A DNA stretch of 63,740 nt, filler included, from Octopus bimaculoides (GCF_001194135.2; 4 parts of 4 records of this genome joined end to end with filler, not necessarily neighbours in it), one strand, 5' to 3'. Shown: positions 23,398-37,304, counted from the first letter of the whole stretch. A program made the numbers and translations. The notes: generated from the sequence alone by a model not told the origin.

Positions 23398-23776
23398 TGA
23401 TTGCGCTTAAGAATAGTTATTAAGGATAGAAAAGCCTTCGGAATGTCTTTGATATTTGAGATTACCACACATGTGTATATACAGGCACAGCCTACGAATC
23501 AAATTCATACATACATATACAGATACGAAGCAATATATCCGCATATTCACAGGGAAAGAGAGCTATTATAAACATATGTAAGTATGTATGTATGTATGTA
23601 TGTATGTATGTATGTATGTGTGTATGTATGTATGTGTATATGTTTATTTATATATATATATATATATATATAATTATGTGTATTTCTTCTATCTTAATGA
23701 ATAAAAATTCTTCTGATAGAATAAATGGGTTAATTATATATTAAAACAGTAAAATCGAGGAGATCGATTAGATCCA

Positions 23777-24133
23777 GGTTGTTGTTGTTGGCACTCAGTC
23801 GCTTACGACGTCGAGGGTTCCAGTTGATCCGATCAACGGAACAGCCTGCTCGTGAAATTAACGTGCAAGTGGCTGAGCACTCCACAGACACGTGTACCAA
23901 CCATTAACGTAGTTCTCGGGGATATTCAGCGTGACACAGTGTGACAAGGCTGACCCTTTGAATTACAGGCACAACAGAAACAGAAGGAAACAGTGAGAGA
24001 AAGTTGTGGTGAAAGAGTACAGCAGGGTTCGCCACCATCCCCTGCCAGAGCCTTGTGGAGCTTTTAGGTGTTTTCGCTCAATAAACACTCACAACGCCCG
24101 GTTTGGGAATCGAAACCGCGATCCTATGACCGC
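23777..24133 (-). mobile_element. tRNA-derived SINE of a second family with an (AAC)n tail
   Basis: Minus strand has a B-box-like GGTTTCGATTCCC next to the gap and a 3' end GAGTGCCAACAACAACAAC. Confidence 0.75.
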
Positions 24134-25941
24134 NNNNNNNNNNNNNNNNNNNNNNNNNNNNNNNNNNNNNNNNNNNNNNNNNNNNNNNNNNNNNNNNNNN
24201 NNNNNNNNNNNNNNNNNNNNNNNNNNNNNNNNNNNNNNNNNNNNNNNNNNNNNNNNNNNNNNNNNNNNNNNNNNNNNNNNNNNNNNNNNNNNNNNNNNNN
24301 NNNNNNNNNNNNNNNNNNNNNNNNNNNNNNNNNNNNNNNNNNNNNNNNNNNNNNNNNNNNNNNNNNNNNNNNNNNNNNNNNNNNNNNNNNNNNNNNNNNN
24401 NNNNNNNNNNNNNNNNNNNNNNNNNNNNNNNNNNNNNNNNNNNNNNNNNNNNNNNNNNNNNNNNNNNNNNNNNNNNNNNNNNNNNNNNNNNNNNNNNNNN
24501 NNNNNNNNNNNNNNNNNNNNNNNNNNNNNNNNNNNNNNNNNNNNNNNNNNNNNNNNNNNNNNNNNNNNNNNNNNNNNNNNNNNNNNNNNNNNNNNNNNNN
24601 NNNNNNNNNNNNNNNNNNNNNNNNNNNNNNNNNNNNNNNNNNNNNNNNNNNNNNNNNNNNNNNNNNNNNNNNNNNNNNNNTATATGCATATAGTAATATA
24701 TACACATAGACATATACGAATATTTCTTTGCATATCCATCAGTATATTTTTATGTTGTGGAAATTCAATGTGCAATATTTAATGAAAATCATATACTACC
24801 GAAAATACACGAGGAAAAGCAAAATAATAATAATACTAACTTTATGCTTCGTGTCCTTAGGTTTCATATAGTGTCGTGCAATCCTAGCGAGAGAAAATGA
24901 ATATGATTCTACAGTGGTGCGTTTATATGCTCAGTGTAGGTTTTCAAAATTTTATTAAAGTGGCAACGGGTGTATTTCTTTCTTAACCGTTGATAACGTC
25001 TTTTGAAGAAATCCATATTTGTAAGATGTTTTCTGAAGATAAATCTATAGGCAATAAATATGAAACAACTGCACATTATATAGCAATATACAAAATTTTG
25101 AAGATTTTTAAGGTATCGCAAGAATACAATATGCCATTATTCTAATTACGCCAAGTTAATATATGTAAATAGATGAAAAGGTGACAGCTAAGACGAGGAC
25201 ACGTAGTTTACTTTTCCCTCCATCTTTCCTTTAAAAGAATACCCTTGATTTTTTTTTCTCTTCTTATGGTATGTCTTGACTAGTTTGAGTATAATCTACT
25301 ATTTGATCTTTCCATCTATTCTCTTATTCATCCTTACTCTTTCTTCTTTCTCTTTTTATCTCTCCTTATTCCTTCTCTGATAGTTTGCTTACATGATCTA
25401 GATCTTCATTTCACAGCCTTTCTTCTTCGGTAGTTTAAAAACTTAGTCTGAGTGTGATCTTGGCAATATTGTAGTCGTACCAGAGAAAATTTTAAAGAAT
25501 TTAAAAATATTATATGAAACAGTCTAGAATAAAATGAAAATATACTTTCTGTAAAATAATATATAGAATAGTTTGCATCAAAGCGTAAATAATTAGTCGT
25601 GTATCAACCTGCAAAATGCGGTCATATGTTAATTTTTCAAATTTCTATGAAACTAGACAAGGTTGAAATACTTCAAAACAGTGAACCAAAATGCATATTA
25701 AAGTTAACAATAGTAGACATAATTGTATCATAAACAAATCGCTTTATTATGCAAACGACAGTGTTATCCCACCCACATAATAAACAAGTAATTAACATTA
25801 ATTAGCTTTATGAATTTATGCACTGGAGAATCATTAATAAAGTTCCAACTTTGAATTAAAAGAAATAATAAATTAGAAAATTATTTTTAATTATGGCCGC
25901 TCGATTTACTAGAGTTATCCGTAAAATTTTTTTCAACTCAC

Positions 25942-26012
25942 GTTCTCCCGTCTTAGGAAAGGGAATGTGTATTTGATCACGTTCTCTTCAGATTCTATTT
26001 CGAAGATGGGTG
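25942..26012 (-). CDS. Putative coding exon (71 nt, phase 1 to 0) of an unidentified gene
   Basis: Acceptor cctattccatccatcag and donor gtgagt. The frame reads (P)PIFEIESEENVIKYTFPFLRREN and is phase-compatible with the 26396 donor. Confidence 0.45.
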
Positions 26013-26395
26013 CTGATGGATGGAATAGGTTTTATAATAGGTTTGCCACAACATAATCAATAGCAACGACAACAATAAGAAACACAGCAACAACAACAGC
26101 AATAACAACCACACCAACAGCAACAAAAAACATCAGCAACAAACACCAACCACAACATAAATAGTAACAGCAGCAACATTAACAACAACAATCAAATGAA
26201 CTTGAAAACCTACAGAACCCCCAACCACCCACCCCATCCCACCATCAACAACATCAACAGGCCTTTAACTGAAAGACGCTTCGCTTCATTAGCTTGACAT
26301 ATTCCGCCAACACTACATCCCTATTCATTTGAACTATTCTGTGTATTTCAGCAAACTAGATGCATACGATCTCCACAAATGCCCATTCTACTCAC

Positions 26396-26522
26396 GTATG
26401 CCTCCTTCTTGAGCAACGAATTTTGCTGTGCTCACCTGTAGGCCACGCACTCCGCCCTCGAACGCGGCTCTTCTAGAATGCCTTTCCCTCCCATATTTAT
26501 CCTGCATATGACTTCTAGGCAT
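26396..26522 (-). CDS. Putative first coding exon of the same gene (exon ~26396-26537 or 26556)
   Basis: ATG at 26522 is preceded by an in-frame TGA and reads MPRSHMQDKYGRERHSRRAAFEGGVRGLQVSTAKFVAQEGGI. Donor gtgagt at 26395, alternative donor CAG/gtgagc at 26435. The sequence is GC-richer than its flanks. Confidence 0.4.
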
Positions 26523-26787
26523 TCAAACACTTTCAACCTGATCAGTTTCAAACAAACTATGAAAGAAAAACAATGGTAAAAGTATATACGTATATATGCA
26601 TACGTACGTACATACATACATACATACATATATACATACATGCATGCATGCATACATACATACATGCATACATACATACATACATACATACATACGTACA
26701 TATGTATACATTATATACATATACATGCACATAGATAAATGTGTACATACGTACATGAATATACATAGATGAATATATATATGTATA

Positions 26788-26840
<53 letters not shown>

Positions 26841-26874
26841 GAATAACAGTAGAGATACAGGTGTCAATTCATTA

Positions 26875-27659
26875 CGGTCGTTTCTAATGACTCCTTTAAT
26901 TAATGAAAACATTAGATCAGTATAAGAAAAACGTTTTCGTCTGACGAATTCATTAACTTCAAAATGAAGGACATTCAAAGTGATTTAACATAGTTTAAAA
27001 TCCATTGACCAAAACACTTTCAGTGATTCTTCTACTATTTCAGTTGACAGAATAGATTTATCAGAATGCAGCGAGGTGGCAGAAACGTTAGCACGCCGGG
27101 CGAAATGCTTAGCGGTATTTTGTCTGCCGTTACGTTCTGAGTTCAAATTCCGCCGAGGTCGACTTTGCCTTTCATCACTACGGGGTCGATAAATTAAGTA
27201 TCTGTTACGCCCTGGGGTCGATGTACTCGACTTAATCCCTATGTCTGTCCTTGTTTGTCCCCTCTATATTTAGCCCCTTGTGGGCAATAAAGAAATAGGA
27301 ATAGATTTATCAGAATAGTGTATATTTAATCAGAACAGAAAAAATTAGAGGTTAGTAGAGTTTTTAGGAAGGGGAAGGAATAATTGACAATCCAGTGACC
27401 CAATTATTTCTACTTATAACAAAAGAGGAGGACGTGGCCGTATTATACACGATATATACATTATTCTGATAAATCCATTCTGTCAACTGAAATAGTAGCA
27501 GAATCACTGAAAATGTTTTGCTCTGTGGATTTTAAACTACGTGAAATCAGTTTGAATGTCCTTAATTTTGAAGTTCATGAATTCATCTGACGAAAACGGT
27601 TTCTTCATAATGATGTAATGTTTTCATTAATCAATTAAATGAGTCGTTAGAAAGGGTCG
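26875..27659. mobile_element. Tc1/mariner-type MITE with ~190-bp imperfect TIRs and TA flanks
   Basis: TA|CGGTCGTTTCTAATGACTC...GAGTCGTTAGAAAGGGTCG|TA. The arms align over 26875-27067 and ~27460-27659. Confidence 0.75.
27068..27298 (+). mobile_element. tRNA-derived SINE (third family) inserted into the MITE with an 18-bp TSD
   Basis: TSD GAATAGATTTATCAGAAT at 27050-27067 and 27299-27316. Central GACTTTGCCTTTCATC..GGGGTCGATAAATTAAGTA resembles a Meta-type SINE domain (from recall). Confidence 0.88.
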
Positions 27660-27940
27660 TAATGGATTGGTACCTGTATCGTTACTGTTACTCATATTTT
27701 ATTCACCTGTCTCGGAATCTGCCCTTCGTAAATATTATGGACTGTATACTTAATATAATGTACATGTCTGAAAAGCTAAAGAGCAGATTTCTTCATTTGG
27801 GTCTAATTGTCTACATACACTGCTTGAATATCAACCGGCCGGTACTTCTATATCAAGTTTGATATTTACATAATACTGTTGTGTGTGCATTTTATTTCAA
27901 CCTAACGAGATGCCTCAGTTTAAGTACCTAATTCAACTGA

Positions 27941-27986
<46 letters not shown>

Positions 27987-29169
27987 NNNNNNNNNNNNNN
28001 NNNNNNNNNNNNNNNNNNNNNNNNNNNNNNNNNNNNNNNNNNNNNNNNNNNNNNNNNNNNNNNNNNNNNNNNNNNNNNNNNNNNNNNNNNNNNNNNNNNN
28101 NNNNNNNNNNNNNNNNNNNNNNNNNNNNNNNNNNNNNNNNNNNNNNNNNNNNNNNNNNNNNNNNNNNNNNNNNNNNNNNNNNNNNNNNNNNNNNNNNNNN
28201 NNATATATATATATATATATATATAATAGTAGTTAAATAGTTGAAATATGACAGCAACTAGCTCCTAAGAACAGAGGTCATTACAGAAGAGACTGAAAAG
28301 GCAGGGAGGAGAGAGCATGCCGACAGAACAAGGCCTGGATCGTGTCCTTTGCTGGTTGAATGCCACTTTGTCGAAGGCTTCTAAGGATATGTCCCATGAT
28401 GTTTATGTACGTAGAAGACATGACCTAAAAGTGAAAGCAGTCCTTCATTGTCGGTTTCACTTGAACCGAGTAGAGGTTTAGCATCTGCTAGGGGTTGAAG
28501 ATACATAGATACTTACATACACTCAACAAATATGTACGCCCAAGAAAATACACCTATAAACAATTAAATATGCGCGTTTTTGATATGCACGAAACTACAA
28601 ACAGTAATTGCTCACAGAACTCAATATAAATGTAATGATGAATATATGGGTCTGTCTGAGTGTATGAGTATGTTTCTTCGTGTGTGTGTATGTGGTGCCT
28701 GTGCGCGCGCGTGTGTGTGTGTACGCGTGTATGTGTGCGTTTCATTGTGTGTGTGTATACGTTTCAATGTGTGTTTGTACATACATACATTTGCCTTTAG
28801 ATTAGTCGAGCAAACATGTTAGCTATGACTTGGTTACTCTGTTTAAAACAATACTGATTATTTAAGAAGCATATTACATTTCTGTTTAGGAATATGTTCC
28901 AACATATGAGTGTCTACGAGCTAACAGCTTTTTCGTTTAAACACGTTGAATTGGAAGCTATTTCGTTTATATTTCATATACAATTGCATTTTATTCATAT
29001 TTTAAATACGTTTTGTGACAAATCTCTTTAGTGTCCGTTAAAAGCTAGAGTGATAATTATCAATTATTCAGATATACCCGTGGCTACACATTCACGTGCA
29101 CAAAATCTACACTTAAATATACACAAGGATACGCACGCATACATTTACATGCAAGCACACACATAACTG

Positions 29170-29275
<106 letters not shown>

Positions 29276-29395
29276 TGCATGTATTTGTGCGTTTGTATGT
29301 ATATATACAGGCTGGACCAAAAATCACATACCAAAATATTTCATATTTTCCTTCAATTACGTTATTATTATTACTATTATTATTATTATTATTAC

Positions 29396-29485
<90 letters not shown>

Positions 29486-29534
29486 CTTCATCATCATTAT
29501 CCTCTTTCAATTTTGCTTCCATTTCTTGCCAAAG

Positions 29535-29960
29535 TGACACTGGGGTAAAGTATGCAAAGCCCAATATACCCATCATGACTACCCGCTTGATAAAGGTACA
29601 CCAGGCACATGCATCACAACCATATGTATGCAACATGGTGATCTCATATCAAGATAAACAGCACATGACCTTGCAGGTGGGGCCCGGTTAGAATTTTCTT
29701 CAGGTCGAGTAGCCCATCCTTTGAATAAGGGTTGTTTAAGGATTTTGAACGAAACACCCATGTTTCCAAAAGTGAATTATCCAAATTCCAGAGAATTCCT
29801 CTCAACACACGGCTACGATGCTCTCCCACTACTTCTGCTCGTGATCAGAGATGCACATATCGTTAGCCACTAAGGGACATGCTCAACTGGTTAAAGTCAA
29901 ACAACTGACAAGCAAATCTATGGTATTGAGCAGAATATTTACTGTATCCTATCTTTTATA
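29535..29960. mobile_element. Interspersed SINE-like repeat with a partial second copy at ~51175-51345
   Basis: Both loci share CTCTCAACACA.GGCTA.GATGCTC.CCCACTACT..CAACTGACAAG.AAATCT.TGGTATTGAGCAGAATATTTACT. Confidence 0.7.
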
Positions 29961-30039
29961 TCAAGTCAAAACAATGTACATGATAACACTTCCAATCACA
30001 AAAAAAAAACAAAATGGCAAAAAAAAAAAAAGAAAGACG

Positions 30040-30210
30040 AAGACAGGTGGTGTAGACAACAAACAGATGTATTAGTTTAACGCTCGGGAAGTGAAAAAGT
30101 CTTAAAAGTTTCGAGCCTACGTTTTTAAAATATTCCACAGAAAGGAATACAGAAAGAAACAAGGAGAGAAAATAAAGAGTGTTTAGTGGCTAGCGATCTA
30201 TCATGGTCAA
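30040..30210 (-). mobile_element. Copy of the repeat at 63620-63717 with a disrupted hammerhead-like core
   Basis: Minus strand reads TATTCCTTTCTG..CGTAGGCTCGAAAC..GAGCGTTAAACTAATACA and matches 63642-63716. Confidence 0.6.
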
Positions 30211-30690
30211 NNNNNNNNNNGAGATATGCAGGGATATGCATCTGTAGATCCATAATTTAGGCAGAATGGTATACATATAAGATTCCAATACTTTGTAAGT
30301 TCCAAGTGTATTTAAAAAGTATAGAGTTTGTGCACAGTGTTATTGAATCGAGGGTTATGCATCTATATACACATGTAGATGTATGTACATATATGTGTGT
30401 ATACATGCATATATATTCTTTGTATTATATATATATATATATGAACGTGGCTGTGATTGTATAAATGATTATTCCAATTGAACAAGTAAATTATGGTTTC
30501 AGTATGAAATATCGTGAAGTGTAGAATTCTTCACGTTGCGTTATATACCTTCCCATTGACATATTTCCCATTGACATATTTCTTAGAAATTCATTCTTTT
30601 TATCGCATTATCATAGTATCTTTTCACTTTCATTTAGGCAATTCGTTAAACCTTGTAGTGATTTTTTTGTTGTAAATGTTGATGGCGGTG

Positions 30691-30728
<38 letters not shown>

Positions 30729-31324
30729 NNNNNNNNNNNNNNNNNNNNNNNNNNNNNNNNNNNNNNNNNNNNNNNNNNNNNNNNNNNNNNNNNNNNNNNN
30801 NNNNNNNNNNNNNNNNNNNNNNNNNNNNNNNNNNNNNNNNNNNNNNNNNNNNNNNNNNNNNNNNNNNNNNNNNNNNNNNNNNNNNNNNNNNNNNNNNNNN
30901 NNNNNNNNNNNNNNNNNNNNNNNNNNNNNNNNNNNNNNNNNNNNNNNNNNNNNNNNNNNNNNNNNNNNNNNNNNNNNNNNNNNNNNNNNNNNNNNNNNNN
31001 NNNNNNNNNNNNNNNNNNNNNNNNNNNNNNNNNNNNNNNNNNNNNNNNNNNNNNNNNNNNNNNNNNNNNNNNNNNNNNNNNNNNNNNNNNNNNNNNNNNN
31101 NNNNNNNNNNNNNNNNNNNNNNNNNNNNNNNNNNNNNNNNNNNNNNNNNNNNNNNNNNNNNNNNNNNNNNNNNNNNNNNNNNNNNNNNNNNNNNNNNNNN
31201 NNNNNNNNNNNNNNNNNNNNNNNNNNNNNNNNNNNNNNNNNNNNNNNNNNNNNNNNNNNNNNNNNNNNNNNNNNNNNNNNNNNNNNNNNNNNNNNNNNNN
31301 NNNNNNNNNNNNNNNNNNNNNNNN

Positions 31325-31377
<53 letters not shown>

Positions 31378-31840
31378 GGGAGAGCGAGAAGAGAAACGTG
31401 AGAGAGAAGGAGAGAGAGAGAGAGAGAGAGAGAGAGGGACTGAAAGGAGAGGAGTGGAAAGAGAAGAGGAGAGGGAGAAGGGGATAGAGGGGGAATAATC
31501 ATATGTTTGAGAGAAAATTAATAAATATGCATGGATATATGCGCGTTTGCTTGGAAAATATAAATATAGGAGCAAATTCCTGAGATGAGCGGAATAAAGA
31601 ACCGAACTGTAGTTTCGCGCGATCAGCCATTCGGTCGACCGGATATGTCAGCGGGTTAGAAAAGAAAGAAATGGTATTACTGCATGAACTGTGTGTGGTT
31701 GTCATCTGTTATATATGCAAAGCGGGGATGGTAAAAATCTTAATTTGATTTTCCACGAATGAATCTGTACACCTGTCGGGGTGTTGAAATCGGTTAACCC
31801 CATTCTTTTACGTTTTTGGAACTCGATTTCGAAGTATATA

Positions 31841-32826
31841 CAAGGTGGTGTCAAAAAGTTCCCAGACTAGTTCTGTAGAGTACAAACAGATGGCAGCACA
31901 CTGTTGCATGCGCGGTAAGAGCTAGTAGTGACCTTCATGAAGTAGTGTGCCGAGTGACATCGCGGTGGCTACTTCGCAAGCTGTGAAATTTGTGTTTTTG
32001 TGATCACGTGTATGCTGTAGTCTGCGACTTTGTCATGGAACAAATAATCAACGTGAAATTTTGCGTTAAACTTGGGAAGTCTGCTACAGAGACATTGAAT
32101 TTGCTTCGGCAAGCTTACGGCAACGAGGCCACGGGTCGTACGCAATGTTTTGCGTGGCACGGGCTCTTCAAAAGCGCAACGACAGAGCTGATGGTCGGTC
32201 AAGAGCATGCTCATCGTTTTTTTTCGACAACCGCGTGTTGTGCATCGAGAATTCGTCCCCCNNNNNNNNNNNNNNNNNNNNNNNNNNNNNNNNNNNNNNN
32301 NNNNNNNNNNNNNNNNNNNNNNNNNNNNNNNNNNNNNNTGACCCCCAGGGTGACCGTCAACCGAGAGTTCTACTGCGATGTTTTGAAGCGATTCAGCGCG
32401 GACATTCAGCGAAAGCGACCGGATCTGTGGGGCGCAAAGAATTGGATTCTTCACGACGACAATGCACCCTGTCACCGAACTCTCCTCACTTTTGCGTTTC
32501 TCTCCAAACACAACACAGTATCGCTTCCATACCCGCCCTATTCGCCAGATTTAGCACCTGCGAGCACCCATCTCTTCCTCAAGATGAAAATACAGCTGAA
32601 AGGCCGCCGTTTTTACACCGTTGTCGAGATCCAGAGCGAATCGCAGAAGGCCTTCGACTCCCTTACGGAAAACGACTTCCAGGCTGGATTCCAAAAGTGG
32701 CAGGAACGCTGGAGCCGGTGTACTACTGCGCAAGGTGAATATTTCGAAGGAGATGATGAAACTTACGTGAATAAGTTATTTTTTTATTAAATATAACTAG
32801 CCTGGGAGACTTTTGATACCACTTCG
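31841..32826 (+). mobile_element. Internally deleted mariner element
   Basis: Imperfect TIRs CAAGGTGGTGTCAAAAAGTTCCCAGACTAGT and ACTAGCCTGGGAGACTTTTGATACCAC. Transposase remnants: MEQIINVKFCVKLGKSATET, HDDNAPCH, PPYSPDLAP and WQERWSRC..QGEYFEG. The WVPHEL region is missing. Confidence 0.9.
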
Positions 32827-33300
32827 GATATATAAAGCTATAAATATTAGCATGTAGTTATTGGGTTGGAAAATCCTTTTGAATAGAAACAGTCAAACGT
32901 TGCCCGAGGGTCCCTGAACCCACATCTGTACATATGACAGGTGTCCTACAATTGTAACAAAACAATCCATTTTAGAAACTTGATACTTTCTCACGAGATT
33001 TCTTTGTTGTTGACGTCATAGGGATTTATAAAATTTCGTGAGATCGCGGGGCATAATTTGTTTTTGGGAATTGGATGTCGAAGTATACATGAAGTTCGAG
33101 ACTGGCCAAAGCAAGCTTTACGAAAGGCGACCTGTGATCAAGGAACGTCAAAATCAACTTGGAAGTTCTAGTGATCGTAGAAAATCACAAACGCCACGAG
33201 AACTGTTTAGTAGAAGGCGCCTAGACCAATGGCACGAGATTGAAGATACAAGGGTAAAAAAAACAAGTTATACTTTACACATACACAAATACAAATAAAA

Positions 33301-33345
<45 letters not shown>

Positions 33346-33442
33346 CATACATACATGCATATAAATATTATATATAAATATATACGTGTGTATGTGTGTA
33401 TCTATATGTATGTGTGTATATATGTGTGTGTGTGTGTATATA

Positions 33443-34684
33443 CAGGGGTTGGACAAAATATTAAAATTTCAAACAAATTTATTTTAATATGGGATAGGTT
33501 CGCCTTTGGCAGTAATTACAGCTTGAATTCTACGATGTATGGACTCGTACAAAGTTTGAATTGTTTCCAAAGGAATTTTTATCCATTCTTCAGTTAAAAA
33601 GTCTCCAGTTCTTGTAGTGATGATGGTGGAGGATATCGACTCCTTACATGTTTTTCTAAAGTGCATCATAAATGTTCAATAATATTGAGATCTGGGGACT
33701 GTTCTGGCCAGATAAGATATTCAACTTTACTAGAATGTTCCTCGTGCCATTCAGTAACAACTTTAGCTGTGTGAATTGGTTCATTATCATCTTGAAAGAT
33801 TGCGTTTCCCTCCGCAAACAGTTCTGCAACCATAGGATGAATTTTGTCAGAGAAAATGCTTAAACATTCCTGACTATTAATTCTGCCATGAAGGTAAACC
33901 ATTGGGCCGGCAGATTTCCAAGATATAACCCCCCCAGGTCATCACATGTTTAACAGTTGGAAGAAGGCAGTCTGGGTCAAATGCTTCTTTTGGCTGTCTT
34001 CACATGTATACTCGACCGGCGGTAGGAAATAAGGTAAAGGATGACTTGTCCGAAAAAATAACATTCTTCCACTGCTCTAGGGACCAATTCTGTAGGTTTT
34101 TACTCCACTCTAAACGTTTTTTAACGTTTGTTTTTGAAAGTAGTGGTTTTCTGATTTCAGCCCTCCAGTGAAATCCGGCTTTCTGCAGCTCCCGGCCAAC
34201 AGTTTTTGTGGAAACTGGGTTCTCGAGGACTTCATTAAGCTCTGTAGTAATTTAGGGAGCTGTACTTTTGTGATCCTTTCTAACAATTTGCGTAAGCGTC
34301 CGACGGTCCCTATCTGAGAGTTTTGGTTTTCTTCCGGAGTTTTGTTTCGACGAAGAGGTTTTTCACTCTTTCTCAAAGGCTGACATTACTTTCGAGACAG
34401 TACTTCTTGATACACCAGACATTTCGGCTGTTTTCGTTATACTAGCGCCTGCCATACGAACACCAACAATTTGACCTCTTTGAAAGTCCGATAGATCTGT
34501 CATTTTAATGAATTTTAATTCCCTTTTTCTGATGATATCTGAAAAGAAACAGCAATTTTAGCAAAACACATTAAGCAACACTAATAATAGATCAAAAAGC
34601 ATAAAAATAAACAAGCTTTTGACGATTTTATAGATATTTCAAAATTATGATGCTATGATGCTAGGTGTTCCCATCATTTTGTCC
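33443..34684 (-). mobile_element. Tc1-like element with a pseudogenised transposase (34503 to 33484)
   Basis: MTDLSDFQRGQIVG..SGRKPKLSDRDRR..VIFSDKSSF..IFQDDNEPIHTA..WPEQSPDLNIIEHLW. The TIR TA|CAGGGGTTGGACAAAAT is at 33441; the other TIR is truncated at TTTTGTCC. Confidence 0.9.
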
Positions 34685-34777
34685 TTAGTATCACATTGAT
34701 GGATATGATGCACTTGGTTAGAAAAAGTGCAACATTTACTTACTGGCTATGCGAAAAAATAAAAATGTTCTAACATA

Positions 34778-34925
34778 GGAGTGGGTGTGTGGTGAGAAAT
34801 TTGCATCCTAACCACATGGTTGCGGGTTCAGCCCAACTGTGTGACACTTTGAGCAGGAGTCTTCCACTGTAGCCCGGGACGACGAACGCCTTGTGACAGA
34901 AACTGAAAGAAGCTCGTCGTATACA
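34778..34925 (+). mobile_element. Composite SINE head
   Basis: GTGTGGTGAGAAATTTGC..GGGTTCAGCCC..GAAACTGAAAGAAGCTCGTCGTATA. Confidence 0.7.
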
Positions 34926-34945
34926 TACATACATACATACATACA

Positions 34946-35020
<75 letters not shown>

Positions 35021-35060
35021 TTATCTATCTGTCTATCTAGTTATATATGAGTGTGTGTGC

Positions 35061-35098
<38 letters not shown>

Positions 35099-35299
35099 GT
35101 GTGTGTGTGTGCATGTGTCTTCATATTTGTTTTATCCTCCACCACAGTTTGATTTGTTTAACTAAACTCTTCGACGCGGTACCCCAGCATGACTTCAGTC
35201 CGGTGACAGATGCAATTAAGTGATAAAGAATAAAAGACATAGTTATTAGGATGCTGCAGTTTTCATACCAGTTTCCGTGGTATTATTAACTAAATTGAA

Positions 35300-35515
35300 A
35301 GGCAGCAATCTAGCAGAATCGTTAGTATAGCGCTCAAAATGTTTATCGGCATTTCATCTGGCTTTACGTTCTGGTTTCAAATTCCGCCCAGGTCGGCTTT
35401 GCTCTTCATCCTTTCGGGGTCGATAAAATAAGTACCAGTCGAGTGTCAGGGTTAATGTAACCAACTAGCTCCCTTCTCTCAACATTTCAGGTCTTGTGCC
35501 TATAGTAGACAAAGT
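35300..35515 (+). mobile_element. SINE of the third family (further copies at 42985-43190 +, 45555-45665 -, 55981-56190 +, 56925-57137 -)
   Basis: Shared GCAGAATCGTTAG..TTCAAATTCCGCC..TTCATCCTTTCGGGGTCGATAAAATAAGTACC. Confidence 0.8.
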
Positions 35516-36604
35516 TATTAACGCAATCGATAACTTTCCGATAGTAGACATTTAATTGCTTTTGAGATTCTGCTTTCTAGAAGTTACTTCGAGTCTAGAG
35601 AAGGCATCTGTCTCTACAAGTCAGTCATTATAGAACAAAACGGCGACTAACCTTAATTTGTACGATCACAGAAGAATTGAATCCATTCGTAATTTCTATC
35701 TATACATCTTCCTTTCACATCCAGATATTAATCAACTCATTATTCAAACATTCAATACGAGAAGGAATGACTTCATCAATAAATCAATCGAAACTCTTTA
35801 ATTAAACGTGCTTAAACCAGAAATTTCTTTTCAAATAGGGAGTGTATAAATCATTACATGATATTGTATATAATCCCGACGTTAAGAATATGCGTACACA
35901 TAGGGAAGAAGGAATACTTACACATACTTAGACATAGGTGAAAACATGCTGACATGTTACGTTCTAGATCTTCTGTACACAATTCAATTAGAATTGTGTC
36001 TGAAACTTGTAGCAAATTACGAGGCACCGGGTGAATAATAAAACGCCTTCCAGAATCATTTCTTCCCTTTTAAATTAAGTTTACTACATTACAACTCTTA
36101 ACTGTGTTCAAAATAACGTTTATATTCTAATAATTAGAATACTATTGCAAGTCAATTTTATTATTACACTACTTCAAAGAATATTGAACTGTTTTGGTTT
36201 TTATTCGGCTATCACCATTTTGATTATAAGATTTATGATTTAGTTAATAAGTAGTTTGGTGCCTTGCTTTGCAGTGGCTAACTGTTAAGTATATAAGTGA
36301 TCGTGTTAATTTAGAGCACTTGTTCTCAAATAGTGCACAGCAAGGGATATCTAGATGCAGCGCAGATTTTTAAAAATATAATCTACTCTTCAGGAATCCC
36401 AGACTAATTGCCGAGTGTCTTGAAAAACGTGTCATTCATAATGTTGTTATACACAAATATGATTAATAAAACAAGACAAGCAATGATTTTTTTTCATATA
36501 TTTTTCTAAACTTTTAACTTTTAAACAGTTTGTTTTCTAAACTTCCTTTGGAAAGTGTGTTACTAATTTCTATGTGAAATATGGTGTGTCACGAAACCAT
36601 ACAA

Positions 36605-36641
<37 letters not shown>

Positions 36642-36690
36642 NNNNNNNNNNNNNNNNNNNNNNNNNNNNNNNNNNNNNNNNNNNNNNNNN

Positions 36691-36732
<42 letters not shown>

Positions 36733-37110
36733 TTCACACACACACACATACACACACACACACACAAAGATATTATTGGTTTAGAGTTACAATATTTTTT
36801 ACAACTGTTTCCCTATGACGTCAGATAAGAGCAGAGTGACTAGAAGGGTAAAGTATCGCACTAAATCCCTTACAGTATTTAGATACACCTCTCTACTATA
36901 AAATTTCAGATTCTACCATCGAGATCGACATTGACGTTCGTCTCTTAAGGCTCAATAAAATATACAGAAATTACATACTAATTTACATTTAATTCATTAT
37001 ATCTCTGCTCAATAGATTTGTGGCTTTATGCCAAATTAAAAGATCAATAATTCAAATCAGATTTCGGTTATCTTCTCTAATTAGAATTCTATACCTTCTA
37101 AAAACATTTC

Positions 37111-37196
<86 letters not shown>

Positions 37197-37304
37197 ATCT
37201 ATATTTTTTCTTGTTTGTGTTACCAATTTTGACCCTTCGCAAAATCCCCAATTTTATTTAATTTGCTTTGCGGGAGCAACTGTTTTATCGAAAGCGTATA
37301 TTGT

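Noticed and set aside
24909-25121. ORF with NFVYCYIMCSC resembling a GIY-YIG start
   Set aside because: The YIG box and the conserved Arg and Glu residues are absent.
24820-25440. Candidate next minus-strand exons (17-nt ERWREK near 25215 and 43-nt IARHYMKPKDTKHK near 24845-24887)
   Set aside because: They are phase-compatible but need a microexon with weak signals. Too speculative without RNA data.
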